The translations under genes were made by a program, and so were the position numbers. The notes below the pieces were generated by a model that saw only the letters and a list, made by a program, of their open reading frames with translations, did not search any database and was not told the DNA's origin. From the human T2T-CHM13v2.0 reference genome, Homo sapiens: DNA of 64,000 nucleotides. Of this stretch, positions 12,227-26,572 are shown piece after piece (positions within the stretch are counted from its first letter, which is position 1; each line of letters opens with the position of its first letter). Where the stretch lies: the NCBI RefSeq assembly GCF_009914755.1, contig NC_060945.1; one strand, given 5' to 3'.

Positions 12227-13422
12227 CTGATTATGCATCCCAATTTAGAGTTTCATAGACCTTCTCTCAAAGAGAAGGCATTCTGTCAATAAAATGAAAT
12301 CATGTAGGTGTCTTCTATTTTACATAATAGTTGATTCAAAATGGGCAAAATTGTATTAACTACAGTAGCTACTGGAAACTTCATTTAATACAAAGGCTAG
12401 ACCAAAAAAAAAAAAAGCCATGCCCAGTGATCTGAATACCTTACATATTAGAAAAAGGGCACAGTCTACAAAGGAAAACGTTCTAAAAATCCTTGGAGAA
12501 ATTGAAATTCATGGGAAATATAAACCAAAGGCTTTTGAAATTAGAAAATTCATCTTTGTTTAAATACATCTAATAATGCATTATGGGCTGTAAATACATT
12601 TCCAAAACTTATAAAGACTAGAGGATAACATTCCATTCTAGTAAGTTGTCTTCAATGGAGGAAGTGTATAAGTGATGCCAAATCCTCAGTTACCAATAAT
12701 ATTCTTTCAAGCAGCTGACCTACTTTCCTTAGGGCAAGGCTCTAGTTTTCCCAAATGATTGTCATTTGGATTTCAGAATAAAATAATTTATCCCTTCTGT
12801 TCATAGTTAGAAACAGAACTGAGAACACAATGGATATTTTTTCTTTTCAGACAATGGGTATTTTTTTCGTTTGCAAATCTGCATTTATAAAACAATGGTG
12901 TGGTAGAAAGTCAAACACCAAATTAACGAGGAAAAGTTTAGAAACGTTTTGTTACATTTTACATATTTCAACGTCTCAAAAGTGGCATCACGATAATGCA
13001 ATAGCTTGTCTAAAAAATGAAAAAAATAAATAAATGTTATATTTTGTATATAATGCTAGAAAATTTGAACAGTTCTAGAAGATGCACAAAATGGTGATCT
13101 TGAGGAAATTACACATGGAGTTTTTTAAGGATTCGATTCCCATATTAAAGCCAATACCATCATGTGAGGTCCCATATTTAAAGTTTAATTTCTCTGTGAT
13201 TATTTACATAAGAATAGCTCCATTTTTCAAAACTTTCCTTTCATTAGGAACAGAAACAAATGTCCTCTAGGAATGAATGAAATATTTTTCTCTACTATTG
13301 CTGTTGTTTTTAAAGTTGAAAATTTACCTATTTATTAAAGTCATTCCATAACCTTATCCAACCCCAAATCTGTACATTTCACACTTTGTAGAATAATGAG
13401 TTGAAAAGAAACCCAGTGGATT

Positions 13423-13460
13423 TATGTATGTGTGTGTGTGTGTACATATATATATATACA
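13423..13460. repeat. (TG)n(TA)n microsatellite
   Basis: Direct reading of the sequence. Confidence 0.85.
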
Positions 13461-14494
13461 TTTTTTATTATGTGGGTTCTGGCAAATATTTTAGGGCTAA
13501 TTTTTTAGCTGATAAATTTTAGTACTATAGCAATATTTGGTTATGTCAAATTATGTGAAATTGTGTAGTGATTTCTAGGAATAAAATATTCTGAAAATAG
13601 CAGTTGTGAAGGGAAGTCTAGGTTAGCCTCAACTTACTGAAAGTGAAATCTTTTGAATATTCAAATGAAAAAAGTAAGAGTAATGGGAATGAAAAATAAT
13701 CAGGACACACAATAATGAAAAAATGAAATAAAAAAATTGTGGAAATAGTAAATATAAGACAGAAAATAAAATCTAAAGAAATTTTATTTAACTGGGCTAC
13801 TGTTGGTAGCACCAGGTATAAACAACCTTTACTTCAAGCTTCAGATATGTTTCAACTCTCATTCTTGTTGAAGGTTGATTCTATGACCTAAAATGTCATC
13901 ATAAGAAGAATTTGTCTTTTATCTCGCTTTACCAAGCACTCATTATCAAGGGGGGACCAATTAATAACTATTCTAGCAACCTGCAACAACAAATATGACA
14001 TTGCTACGTTTTCGCCATGAATCTCATTTAGATTTTTTTGAAGATATTTTTCTAGTACTTTGTGTTGAGTTGTAACTCCACGAATTAGCCAAAAGTATAA
14101 TTATGTCATGGGCAATAATTGCATGACTGACTGAAGTCTTAGGGATACAGTTATTCTTGCAGATCATAATTCCCTAAAAGAGAAAGTTTGTTCTAAAGTT
14201 GCATTTCTAGAATTCCGTTTGGCAGCAATACTATATTACTGTTGTTTAACTTGGGAGCCAAAAACCTTAGAACTGAGGGGATGATTCTTTTAAAAGCATA
14301 GCTGGAAGTTTAATAGTAAATACATTAAACAATTTCTGCTTATTTTCTCTAAGTGTTTGACATAGTGAGGTCATTTGAAATCCAATTTAATAGAATCTTC
14401 ACAGAATATTGGGAAATTAGTACTATCTTGACTCAACACTGACTGCCCTTGCATTAGTAACTGATATAACATTGACCTTAAACATAGCTCTTGA

Positions 14495-14866
<372 letters not shown>

Positions 14867-15333
14867 TCCACTGTACTTATTATACTCAGAGGATGCTATT
14901 CAGACATGCTAATGAAAATTTATTTTATATTTAAAAACTAATGTTTTCATATAACACAGCCATGAATATCATTCAGAAAAACAAATTGACAGGATTAACA
15001 AATGCAGAAAGCAAATGCAGAAAGCAGCAGCAAGAAGGCAAATGAAGGCATGCAGAGAAAAAGAGACTTATGAAAGCTTTCCTGTCTAGTTCTTTGATAA
15101 GAACTTAACATCAGTGAGAAAATTGAAAAGCCCAGTCTTTGGCAAAAAGATTAAAACAGGCCTTGGCACTATTTGTAAGCAATTTAGATTATCAGAGGAA
15201 AGACAATTCTTTGAAATAATATATAATGAGAGACACTGATGCTTCTTTACAGCTTCATAGCAGATCAACAAAAATCATGAATGCCAATCATGGCTATTTC
15301 TCAATGTAATGTTTTGTCAGTAATTCCTTCAGA

Positions 15334-15637
15334 CAGGTGTTATCCATGAAAATGAAGTGTATAATTTAAATTTTTCTAAATGCCACATTAAAAATGTAAA
15401 AAAGAAACAAGTAAAATTAATTTTAAGAAACGTATTTTTGTTTACTCAATATGTCCAAAAATTTTCATTTCAATTTGTAATCAATAAATTATTAATGATA
15501 TATTACACATTCCTTTTTGATTATATGTCTGCATAATATGTTATGCATTATGCTTGCAACCCATCTCGATCTGAAACAGTAGCATTCCAAGTGTTTGATA
15601 GCCACTGCCTAGAAGTTACTATATCAGTCAGCATGGC
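15334..15637 (+). mobile_element. MER33 (hAT-Charlie MITE)
   Basis: ...GCCACATTAAAAATGTAAAAAAGAAACAAGTAAAATTAATTTTAA...CAAGTGTTTGATAGCCAC is colinear with the recalled MER33 consensus. Confidence 0.8.
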
Positions 15638-18088
15638 GATGGACATTGAATACAATGTTTTTCAAAGATAATTTAATTTGAACTAATAAAAAATAAAGTA
15701 AGAACTTCTGAAAATATTTAGAATAGCTTGGATAGGAAAGCCAAATTAGTGCAAATAAGATTAAGGGGTCAAATGAAAAGGGGAGAAAGGAAGAGAGGTT
15801 TAACTTAACTGCAAAGCAGAATTTTGGAGAATTGCAGCTAATGACAACAAATTGTTCTCATAAATTATGACACTATATAGCTATGTGGTTATGATGATGA
15901 CAACTTTAGAATAATATGTAAAGAGCTGTTCTTCATTTTATTTCCACAAATAATAACTGAACATCTATTATAGGCTTGGTCATGACAATATGATGGTGAA
16001 TAAGCAGTGGTTCTTCCCTTCGGGGACATAAAGTCAAATAGGGAGTGATGGCATTTTCCATTTTTGTGACAGATTAAACTTATTTGGTAAACAAATGGAA
16101 GACCTAGCAAGGCAAATCTAGTGGAAATTAAGAAGAGCAAAGTTTGTTAAGCACATCTGTATCACAAACAGAATTGTTCAGAAAACAACTCAGTAGCCCT
16201 GACATTATATAAAAATCCTCTTTGGTTGGACTATTAAGGGACCCTGTGTAACCGCATATAGAAAAGGACATCAAAGAGATTCCTGAGTTGTGTTGGAAGG
16301 CGTTTTGCATGATACCTAAAATTCTTTCCAGCCATATAGTAGTATGATTATATAATTATTGTGAGAAATATCTTATTTGAATTATTTTTATACTGTGATG
16401 ATTATTTCAAATTATTTGAATGAAATTAAATATACATAGAACTCACGAATCATTTGATTTATCAAGTACCCTCAGGTATTATTTTGACATCAAGAATTTA
16501 ACAACACATTAATAATGCTTGTTAATAGAAAGTTTAGAAAACCTTTTGCTTTCTTTAAAGCACTTTTCACCGTGATTCCATCCTTTGGAATGACTGTTTC
16601 TCCTCCAAATCAACATCTTATTATTTTTATATCAATCCCAAGTTAAGTCAAGAGAATGAGAGGAATAAGAAAATGCCATTGCTTTTAAACCAAAGGGCAA
16701 TATGACAAAAAAGAGGAATTTTTAAATTATTTGCAAAGTAAAAATTCTAAATGTCTTTTTACTGCTTTGTTTAAGATATTGTTTAAACTCAAACAATGAG
16801 ACATTTGATACTTTACTGTCTATTCAGCCGTGTGTCTGTAAACATTTACACAAATTTACATCAATTTCTATTTGTTCTATGAGAACATGAATCCCATTAA
16901 AATGGCTAATGTATAGATGGAAACTTCCATTGCTACTATTCTTCAGGTTTTTCTTATTGAAAAGTGATTTGCGTTTCCTTTTTGTTATATAAAACTTTGT
17001 ATTTTGCTGGTTAGCCTTAAAATGATTCCCTAATCGAATATCTCTTCTTTCAAATTTCGGTGTTTTTAAGAATATATAAAATGAGTCTAGTAATAGATCT
17101 AATGGAAGATACTGAGCATTTAAAAGTTAAACTGTTTACATAATAGTAATCATTTGCTTATGTAAACAGGAAAAGAACGTGGTTAACTGCCTGCACACAG
17201 CAGGAAATGCAAACATGAAGACTCAGTTCTGTCTTAGAACTGATGGAGTGAATTAAATGTGTACAATGCAGAGGTGTTCATTGCAAAGCAGTAACGTCAG
17301 TTATTTCAATACAAGAGACATAAAAATCATAAACAACAAACATTAAGCATGCTATGAAACTGAAAATCTTTAAAGAAACATCATTGAGCAATGGTGTTGT
17401 CTTGTCTATTATAGTTATGTGGACTGAGCTAAATATTCACATGACACTGAAATAATAAGAACGGGAACAAAAGCATTTAGAGGGTTATAATCTAATATAC
17501 GGTGTCACAAATCAAATCCTTTACAAACCACTGGGAGACAATATTTCTGTAGTGTTTTTGTTCCATTTGTACGTGAAGAAGTTAGTGTGTCTTTTGTTGT
17601 TTTTGTTTGCTCAATCACGTTTTTCAGCAATCAAAGTAAAATTTGCAAATACCTAAAAATAATGGCTTCTTTTATAAAGCAATATTGTAATTAAGTAAAT
17701 GTGAAAATATAAATCAATTTTTAAAACAAATATGAGAAGATACGTTCATTTTCAGATTAGCACACACACACACCTATAAAAAATAAAGTAAAATATGCCT
17801 GTAAAAGTACCAATCTTGGTTTTTCTAAATATTTCAACAATTTCTAAAATAAATATTAAACTTTTACTCTATTAACAAGACATTTGTATATTTCTCATTT
17901 TGGAAATATATTTTAGTAAAACTTATTTTGAAGTAAGCATAGGTAGTCTACTACTTTCTAGTGCCACTAGTGATCCTCATTCTAGTTTTCTGCCCACAGC
18001 CATATCCTGTTCTGTTGTTGGATTTCATTCTTATACTGGTTGCCTCATTATAAGATAATTACCTTGCCTCAACATCATGTTTGAGCTC

Positions 18089-18620
18089 TGTCATGGTTTG
18101 AATTGTGTCGCCCCCCAAAAAGATATTGGAATTTCCTGTTTTAGTTCTTTTGGACCGTTATAACAAAATGTCATAAACTAGATAGCTTATAAACAATAAA
18201 ATTTATTTCTCACACTTCTGGAGGCTGGGGATGATCTAATCATTACCCCAAAGGCCCCACCTCCTAATACCATCACCTTGGATTTAGGATTTTGACATAT
18301 GAATTTTGGGGGAACACAAACATTGAGACCACAGTACTCTCAGTGCTTCAGAATGTCACCATTTGGAGATAGGGTTTTACAAATTAAGGACTAACCCAAT
18401 ATGACTGATGTCCTTATTAAAAAGGGACAATTTGGACACAGAGACAGAACACATAGAGGCAACACGATGTGAAGAGGCACAGGGAGAAAATTGCCATCTA
18501 CAAGTCTGCACCATATCCTTCCCTCACAGCCTTCAGAAGGAAACAAGTCTGTGGACACCTTGATGCTGGACTTAGAGGCCTCCAGAACTGTGAGACAGTA
18601 AAATTATACTCTTCAAGCCA
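18089..18620 (+). mobile_element. MLT1B/C-type MaLR LTR, interrupted at 18137-18336
   Basis: TGTCATGGTTTGAATTGTGTC start, then CCAATATGACTGATGTCCTTAT and GCCTCCAGAACTGTGAGACA. Confidence 0.8.
18137..18336 (-). mobile_element. MLT1A/A0-type LTR, internally deleted, nested antisense in the MLT1B/C LTR
   Basis: Both LTR ends are present (TGTTTTAGT...TTTATTTCTCACACTTCTGGAGGCTGGG and CCAAAGGCCCCACCTCCTAATACCATCAC...ACAAACATTGAGACCACAGTA) and the middle is missing. Confidence 0.8.
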
Positions 18621-19619
18621 ATTCAAGCCAATCTCTCTGATGATTTCTGCTCAGGTCTCTTTGTCCGGAATAAGTTTGTATAATCACCCCAAGATGCTAA
18701 TAAAGGTGTGGTGGTGATGGGAGACAAGAAAAGATAGCCCATTCTTATTTTTGCCTTTTAAAATTTCAGTACTGGGACATTTCTTCCTTGAAAAAATAAA
18801 CTTTTTTGTTGACCCATACAAAATGGAATGATAGCAGTGCCCACCGTAACAGAGACTTCATTTATTTCACCACTTGTACACATTTTCACTTCATGTAGAC
18901 ATCTGATTGTTCTATGAGAGATTCTATGATTGTTCTATGAGACCCAGCTATATTTATGAAGATGAATATTATTTAAACAGATAGATAAGATTAAAAGAGA
19001 AGATAGACTGGGAAAAGGATACATTTAGTATAGATTTCGGGGAGTTTGAAGCAAGGCAACTATGATATAATTCTAGATGTATTATTTACATTTTATAACT
19101 TTTTCTTTCCAACCATTCTCCACACTTCATCTCACAGGTTTTTAAAAAACTAATCTATTTACTAAATAGTATGCCACTGATAATCTGGAAACATCCAATA
19201 CCAAGTATTTTTGATTATAAACGTATTCTTGTCTTTAATAAAATAAATGATAAAATGACAATAGGGATTGAGTTTGGCACTGTAAATTTTTGTAATTGCT
19301 TGATTCCTGCTAATATTAATGAAATAATCTAATGCTTCAAAATTCACTTATTGAATAGTCATTTCAGTGCTGGTATTATCCTTGATTGAAAAAGACACTA
19401 TTATCCAAAGTCTTTAAACAGATATTTACTAAAGAAAATATTCCTTGTGATGAGTCTAAACATTGTCAGAGGATAAATTTTCTATGTGAAACACTAGTAA
19501 TATTTTGTATATTAAGGTATTTTTAAGCTTGGAGTTGCTTATGAATGCTGTTACCTGTTTTACTCATATTGTAGGGATGTCTTACTGTTCTCTGGTCTCC
19601 TCATTCATATTATAAAGTT

Positions 19620-20021
19620 GTAGCTGGAAAGTAGGTGCCAAACTAGTCATTATATTGTCTGTCTTCCCCACCCCTAACAGCCCCCTTTATTGCTATATGT
19701 AGAAGCTACTGGACCTGACTGAATGCAAGTACAAGTGGTATGTGCCAGTTTAGGACCAAAGCTTTCAATAAGTGGGTGTGCTCCTTTCTGAACTGGGTGC
19801 TTCAACTTCTGCTGTCTGATTGTTGAAGACAGTGAGGCCCAATGGGATGGTGGAACAAGAGAGTGAAAGGAGCCTAGGTACATGAATGGCAGCATGCCTG
19901 AAAGCAAATCCCTCAACTGGAAGACTTTGCCCAAGATTAAAATATTAATGGGATCAAAACTTCCATTGCTTCCACCTCTATCTCTTTGGATCTGTTTTTA
20001 AAGCAGTTAGCCTACTCAACC
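19620..20021 (+). mobile_element. Ancient MLT1J-like LTR
   Basis: GATGGTGGAACAAGA..GAAAGGAGCCTAGGT..ATGAATG and terminal AGCAGTTAGCCTA motifs. Confidence 0.5.
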
Positions 20022-20804
20022 AATGAGGCTTTGTTTTTTTTTTTAATCACCATTCTTATAAAAACCTTTAAATGATGAATTCGATGTTTTCTAGATTGCA
20101 ATTTCCAAAACAGCAGGGTTGGTGTGTAATTTGTGCACTTTTGGGAACGTACAGTGCTTGTCACTTTGTAAATGCTTAATAGATGTGTGATGAAAGAAAA
20201 AAGAAAACATTCTAGAATACACTGAAAAAGTTATGTTTAGTTTTGTCTGACTCACGAGTAAACATATGGCTCTTATGTTTTTAGCAAATATCAAGTTTTG
20301 AATTTCAACCCAAGTAAAATGTTTCTCCCGTGGCTCCCTGACAGAACATTCCCAGCTGTTTCAATGCAGAGCTCTGACAGCTTCTAGAGCAAGAGTCAAT
20401 ATTAGTTAATGGTCCAGCTGCAATTGCGACTATTTTATTTCATCACAATGACAACTTAGATTCCTTCTCCTACTATTTCCTTTGAGATTAGTGCTGCTGA
20501 ACTTTAGTATTCACAGCTACTCACAGAGCTGTGACTATAAACCCTTTCGAGTTATTCATTATTAGTTCCTACACAACATGTTCTAATTAACTCATAATAA
20601 ATCCTCCAAAATACTGCATATGTTACATTTTTCATTAGGATCTAATTGGAAGGAAGCTGCATCACTTTCCTTCTGTTAGTAAGCCATCTTTCTTTACATT
20701 GCATGATGCATTTTAGTTTGACATGACGATTATTCCATTCCATCAATGACCCAGATTACGTTCTTCCTTCCGTAACAGAATGTATTGTAAAATAATGAAA
20801 CTGA

Positions 20805-21262
<458 letters not shown>

Positions 21263-23326
21263 TTAACAGACTTCTTAATAGACCCTTAATATTAAGAAAA
21301 ACTTAATAGAGCCTCTTTAGATTTGTTATTAGAATACTGAATTCATTGGAAGAAATTCTAGCATTGTTCTTTTGATTGTGTGTTTTCTGGAAAGAACTTT
21401 ACTTCCACAGTAGTTAAAATAACATACAGATGAAGAATATATATGCTTGTTAATCTTATGTGTTGTGTATGTGTGTGTTGTGTGTGTGTTTGGTTCTTTT
21501 GTGCTGTGATTTGTTTTAAAAGAATTTCAGTACAATCAGAGAATAACAATCTTAGAAGACATATTACAGTTCCCATAATTAAACCTCTCACTGTTGGAGG
21601 TTCTTGCACAGATGTTGTAAAAAATAAAAACAAAAACAAAAAATGAAACATCTTTGTCAGATGAAAAGTGCCATTGCTAGTCTTTCTTCAGTAATGTTAC
21701 TAAATAAATGTCAGGCTTACCTCATTCGTCTATGGTTATTGTCAGACTGACTCATGTTTCTGCTTAAAAATAATAATAAAAATAATAATAATAAAAGCTG
21801 CCATAGTTGTTATGAATGGTTTAGAATAGTGTAGTCACTTTTTAATTTGAAATACAGAAAATAAAGGAGCTTTGAAGCCGTGTTCAGAGTCCTATAAATT
21901 TGTATACTCAAAGATGAGATTATTGGCAGAGGGCATATGTAGGTAGCAGTTAGTATTCCTCAAAATACGTACACCCACATCTCAGAAATATGGGTAAGTT
22001 TAGAAGGTGGTAGAAAATATATTTACATAACTGTTAAAGCTTTCTAAAACAATTTTTAAAGCATTTCAAGTTTTCTAAAAAACAATCTAGCATTTAATCA
22101 TCACTTTAGTTTAAGATGATGTACGTATATAAAATATTTAGTTATTTGAAATGCTTTCCACTGATGTCTTTGATAAACGTTTGATTTAAAGAAATAATAA
22201 TATGGGCAGAGCAAAAACAAAGTGTTTCTCAAATTGTTGTAACAGCTGTATTATTTATAATTGAACTAAACTAGTCAAAGCTCTTACCCTGTCTGGTTGT
22301 GACAACAAATGTTGTGGTCAGTTAAATTTACTTTGAAATTCTTTAGATGGAAACTATTTTATAGATTCCAATTTGTTTGCTTAAAAAATATACATGGCAA
22401 TATCTATGTTCAATTGTACAGCAGAGATTCTAAAACTGTCCAAAGTTGAAAGTTAAATCCTATATGCATATGTATTGTATTTACTCAGCATGATGTTAAA
22501 TTTTAAAGCAGCATCACAAAATGAATAAAATAATTTCATGTGTTCCAAAATAAGTGAAAAGCCAGTGTTTCACCACCACTTCTCTTAATCGCTAGGATTA
22601 TGATATGCGGAATCATTTGAGAGGCAGGGCATGAGATTTTGAGTAATGAAAAACATCTTGAACAAAGGCTTTGAAATGGGGGTGAATCATGGCATTTGGA
22701 TTTGCTATAGTGAGAAAATCTAGGTATAAAGGGATGAGAAGCAAGACTAAAATGACAATAGAGGGATTGCAAAGGAAATAACAGATACTCATATCTAGAA
22801 CACTGACAGAGCTTGGAGCATTTCTGGAAGTAGGGAATTAAAGAGAAATGAAGAATCAAAGACAACAAAAACATAATTTGGACAGGGAAGATTAAAAGTA
22901 TCCCAAAGATTATAGAGACTGTAAAAAGATATTAGCTTAAGCTTTAAGAAAGGAAACCACAGCATGTTGGACATTCTGGGTCTAGCTAATTATAGTTTCT
23001 GAGAAAACATGGTGGAGATAAAAAAAATTGCTCGTCTCTCAAATTCAAGATAAAATATGCACATTTTCTTCAAAATTATAAAAAAAACCCACTATTTTCA
23101 CATGTTATTCATGGAGTCTGGAACATTTTTGAAACAAGTGCATTCGTCAGTCTTTATAACTGTAGAAAAATTATATGGTAAGTATGATTAGGATCAAAAT
23201 AATTACCCTTGCAAATCAAGTAAAAGTAGACAAGCTTTTAATATTATATTTTCAAATAGCCTGAATCTAAAATTTTAATTTTACACAACTGTATTCTCAT
23301 TTAAGAGGATTTAAGGGGAAAAATAC

Positions 23327-23614
23327 AGTCCAGGCCAGGTGGCTCACACCTATAATCCTAGCAATTTGGGAGGCTAAGACAGTAGGATCACTACAGCCCA
23401 GGATTTCAAGACTAGCTTGGAAACATAGTGAGACCTCATCTCGTCAAAAACTAAAACATTAGCCAGGCATGGTGGTGTCTGCTTATAGTCCCAGCCACTC
23501 GGGAGGCTGAGGTAAAAGGATCTCTTGAGCCCAGTAAGTTAAAGTTACAGTGAGCTCTGATCCTGCCATTGCAGTCTAGCCTGGGTGACAGTGAGATTTC
23601 GTCTCAAAATAAAA
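23327..23614 (+). mobile_element. AluJ
   Basis: Diverged dimer with GGATC..TTGAGCCCAG-type text in both arms. Confidence 0.92.
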
Positions 23615-25150
23615 GGGGTGGGGAATTAGTAACATTTTCTTATCTAGCCCATTCCTCTCTTTGACAGGTATTTTAAAAAGCAAACAACCACAACCAAACA
23701 AAACTTGATTGGCCAAGTCTCCTAAGTTGTAGTTGTTAGTGTCATTGGTTTCTCAAGTGCTTTTAGAAGTTTAGAAGGCTGGTGTGTGTGTATGTGTTTT
23801 CTACAACTTACTATTCATTATTTTTTAAGAATGCGTAAATAATCACTTGATGTTATTATGCCTAATAGATGATGTTTAACACACTGACAAAAAGAAAATA
23901 TGTACTCATACAGAAATACTGTGATTTAGGTCACTTACATACTTGGGAGGAGCAAATCCTGCTGATTTTGAGTGTGTTGAAATGCTGAAGCTATTTTTCA
24001 CATGTTTTGGGTCTGTTTCTTTTTTAAGTTTTTTTTTTTTCTCATTATTTGAAAACCCAATGGAACTGTAATAAAACTGGGAAAATGTGATCCATATGTT
24101 TTGGAATCTTTTACAATTAAATCATCAAATTACCATTCAAAATATTTTGAACATTGAATATAAATGGCCTAAATGCTCCACTTAAAAGACACAGAGTGGC
24201 AGAATGGATTAAAATCCACCAACCAATTACCTGCTGTCTTGAAGAGACTCACCTAACACATAAGGACTCACATAAACTTAAGGTAAAGGGGTTAAAAAAA
24301 GATATTCCATGCAAACGGAAACTAAAAGCAGGAACAGTTATTCTTATATCCATCAAAACATACTTAAAAAAACTATAGTTAAAAAAGACAAAAAGGGACA
24401 TTATATAATGATAAAAGGATTAGCCCAACAGGAAAATATCACAATCTTAAATATGTATGCACCGAACACTGCAGCTCCCAAATTTATAAAACAATTACTA
24501 CTAGAACTAAGAAATAAGATAAATGGCAACCCAATAATAGTGGGGGATGTCAATACTCCACTGATATCACTAGACAGGTCATCAAGACAGAAAGCCAACA
24601 AAGATACAATGAACTAAAACTAAACCTTAGAAAATGGACTTAACAGATACTTACAGAACATTCTACCCAACAAATGCAGAATATACATTCTCTTCATCAG
24701 CACATGGAACATTCTCCAAGATATACCATATGATAGGCCACAAAACAAGTCTCAATAAATTTAAGAAAATCAAAATTATATTAAGTACTCTGTCACTCCA
24801 CAGTGGAATAAAACTAGAAATTAACTCCAAAAAGAATCCTCAAAACTATACAAATATATGGAAATTAAATAATCTGCTCCTGAATAATCACTGGGTCAAC
24901 AATGAAATCCAGATGGAAATTTAAAAATTTTTTTAATTAAATGGTAATAGCAACACAACCTATCAAAATCTCTGTGATATTGCAAAAGTGGTGCCAAGAG
25001 GAAACTTCATAGCATTAAATACCTATGTCAAAAAGTCTGAAAGAGCATTAATAAACAATCTAAGCTCATACCTCAAGGAACTAGAGAAATAAGAACAAAC
25101 CAACCAAAACCCTACAGAAAAAAAAAAAAAGAAATAATGAAGATTAGAGC

Positions 25151-25517
25151 ACTCAGTTCCACATGGCTGGGGAGGCCTCACAATCATGGTGGAAAGTGAA
25201 GGAGGAGCAAAGGCACATCTTACATGGTGGCAGGCAAGAGAGCATGTGCAGGGGAATTGCCCTTTACAAAACCATCAGCTCTCGTGAGAGTTATTCACTA
25301 TCATGAGAACAGCAAGGGAGGAACCTACCCACATGATTCAATTACCTCCAACAGGGTCCCTCACATGACATATGGGGATTTGGGGAGCCATTAGGTTGGT
25401 GCAAAAGTTATTGCTCTTTTTGCTATTACTTTTAATGGCAAAAACCGTGATTAATTTTGCACCAAACTAATACAATTTAAGATGATATTTGGGTGAGGTC
25501 ACAGCCAAACTATATCA
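25151..25517 (-). mobile_element. THE1C/D-type LTR lacking its 3' end, nested in L1PB
   Basis: CAGTTCCACATGGCTGGGGAGGCCTCACAATCATGG ... CACAGCCAAACTATATCA. Confidence 0.92.
25391..25470. mobile_element. MADE1 (80-bp Hsmar1-derived mariner MITE)
   Basis: TTAGGTTGGTGCAAAAGT...TTTTGCACCAAACTAA, 80 bp, palindromic, flanked by CA / TA (decayed TA duplication). Confidence 0.93.
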
Positions 25518-26484
25518 ACATTAGTGAGATTAACCAAGAAACAAAGAGAGAATATCCAAATAAGTTCAATTAGAAACAAAATGGGAAATAGTACAGAAGA
25601 TGCCACAGACATACAAAATATCATTCAAGGCTACTATGAACACCTTTATGTGCATAAACTAGAAAACCTGGAGGAGCTGAATAAATCCCTGGAAATATAC
25701 AGCCCTCCTAGATTAAACTAAGAAGAAATGGAAACTCTGAACAGAACAAAAACAAGCAGCAAGATTGGAATTGTGATTTAAAAATTACCAACAAAAAAAA
25801 AATGCCCCCAAGACCGGATGGATTCACAATTGAATTACAGCAGGCATTCAAAGGAGGATTGGTACCAATCCTATTGACACTATTCCAAAAGATAGAGAAA
25901 GAGGGAATCCTCCCTAAATCGTTCTATGAAGCCAGTATCACCCTAATACAAAAACCAAGGAAGGGCACAACAAAAAAAGAAAACTACAGACAGATATCCC
26001 TGATGAACGTAGATGAAAAAATCCTCAACAAAAAACTAGCTAACTGAATTCAACAGTGTATCAGAAAGGTAATCCACCATGATCAAGTCAGTTTCCTACT
26101 AGGGATGCAGGGATGGTTTAACATCCACAAGTCAATAAATGTGACACACCAAGTAAACAGAATTAAAAACAAAAATCATGTGATCCTCTCAATGGATGCA
26201 GAAAAAGCATTTGGCAAAATCCAGCATCTTTTTATAATTAAAACCTTCAGCAAAATTGGGTTAGAAGGGACATATCTTAACGTAATAAAAGCCATCTATG
26301 ACAAACCCACAGCCAACATTATACCAAATGGGGAAAAGTTAAAATCACTCCCCAAGAACTGGAGGAAGACAAGGATGCCCACTTTCACCAACTTCTACTC
26401 AACATAGTACTGAAAGTCTTAGCCAGAGCAATCAGACAAGAGAAAGAAATAAAGGGCATCCAAATAGGTAAAGAAGTCAAACTG

Positions 26485-26572
26485 GGAGGCAGAGCTTGCA
26501 GTGAGCTGAGATCGAGCCACTGGACTCCAGCCTGGGAGACAGAGCCAGACTCCATCTCAAAAAAAAAAAAAA
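26485..26572 (+). mobile_element. Severely 5'-truncated AluY-like insertion in L1 ORF2
   Basis: Only the last ~74 nt plus poly(A). Perfect 15-bp TSD AAAGAAGTCAAACTG (26470-26484, 26573-26587). Confidence 0.93.
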
